Assembly (NCBI RefSeq): GCF_006345805.1
Contig: NC_043005.1
Location: 10,106,001-10,170,000, forward strand
DNA: 64,000 bases
Direction of reading: 5' to 3'
Source: Octopus sinensis
Taxonomy: Eukaryota
The notes under the pieces were generated by a model that saw nothing but the letters and a program-made list of their open reading frames with translations, did not search any database and had not been told where the DNA came from. Position numbers and translations under genes: made by a program. Numbering within the stretch: the first letter of the stretch is position 1; each line of letters starts with the position of its first letter. Shown here piece by piece: positions 63,940 through 64,000 of the stretch.

Positions 63940-64000
63940 TCTCTTTAATATATATATATATTTCTTTTATTATTTTACTAGTTTCAATCATTTGACTGCA

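Overview
AT-rich, microsatellite-saturated animal genomic DNA. The SINE families and repeat landscape resemble octopus/cephalopod DNA (inference, not verified). No intact protein-coding gene can be supported, and almost all ORFs in the supplied track are translations of simple repeats. The window holds about 17 copies of one tRNA-type SINE with an internal (TA)n(TG)n tract, several copies of a second SINE whose ~184-bp body is tandemly amplified, and other SINEs. It also holds a near-complete pseudogenised mariner (D,D34D), a Gypsy 3' remnant (integrase, PPT, 3' LTR) with nested SINE and RTE insertions, a non-autonomous Helitron, a TIR element carrying TTAGGG repeats, and LINE fragments (RTE, R4/Dong-like, CR1-like). 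Three things stand out. (1) A set of fold-back elements sits in (TA)n tracts (792-bp, 200-bp, 164-bp and 95-bp hairpins and others); several contain recognisable type I hammerhead ribozyme folds, which suggests non-autonomous Penelope-like/retrozyme-like elements. (2) A ~1.6-2.3 kb inverted duplication (8964-11306 / 15752-17344) truncates the Gypsy element. (3) Scattered, stop-riddled remnants of what looks like one unidentified protein family align to each other only at the peptide level. Coordinates of degenerate elements are approximate.
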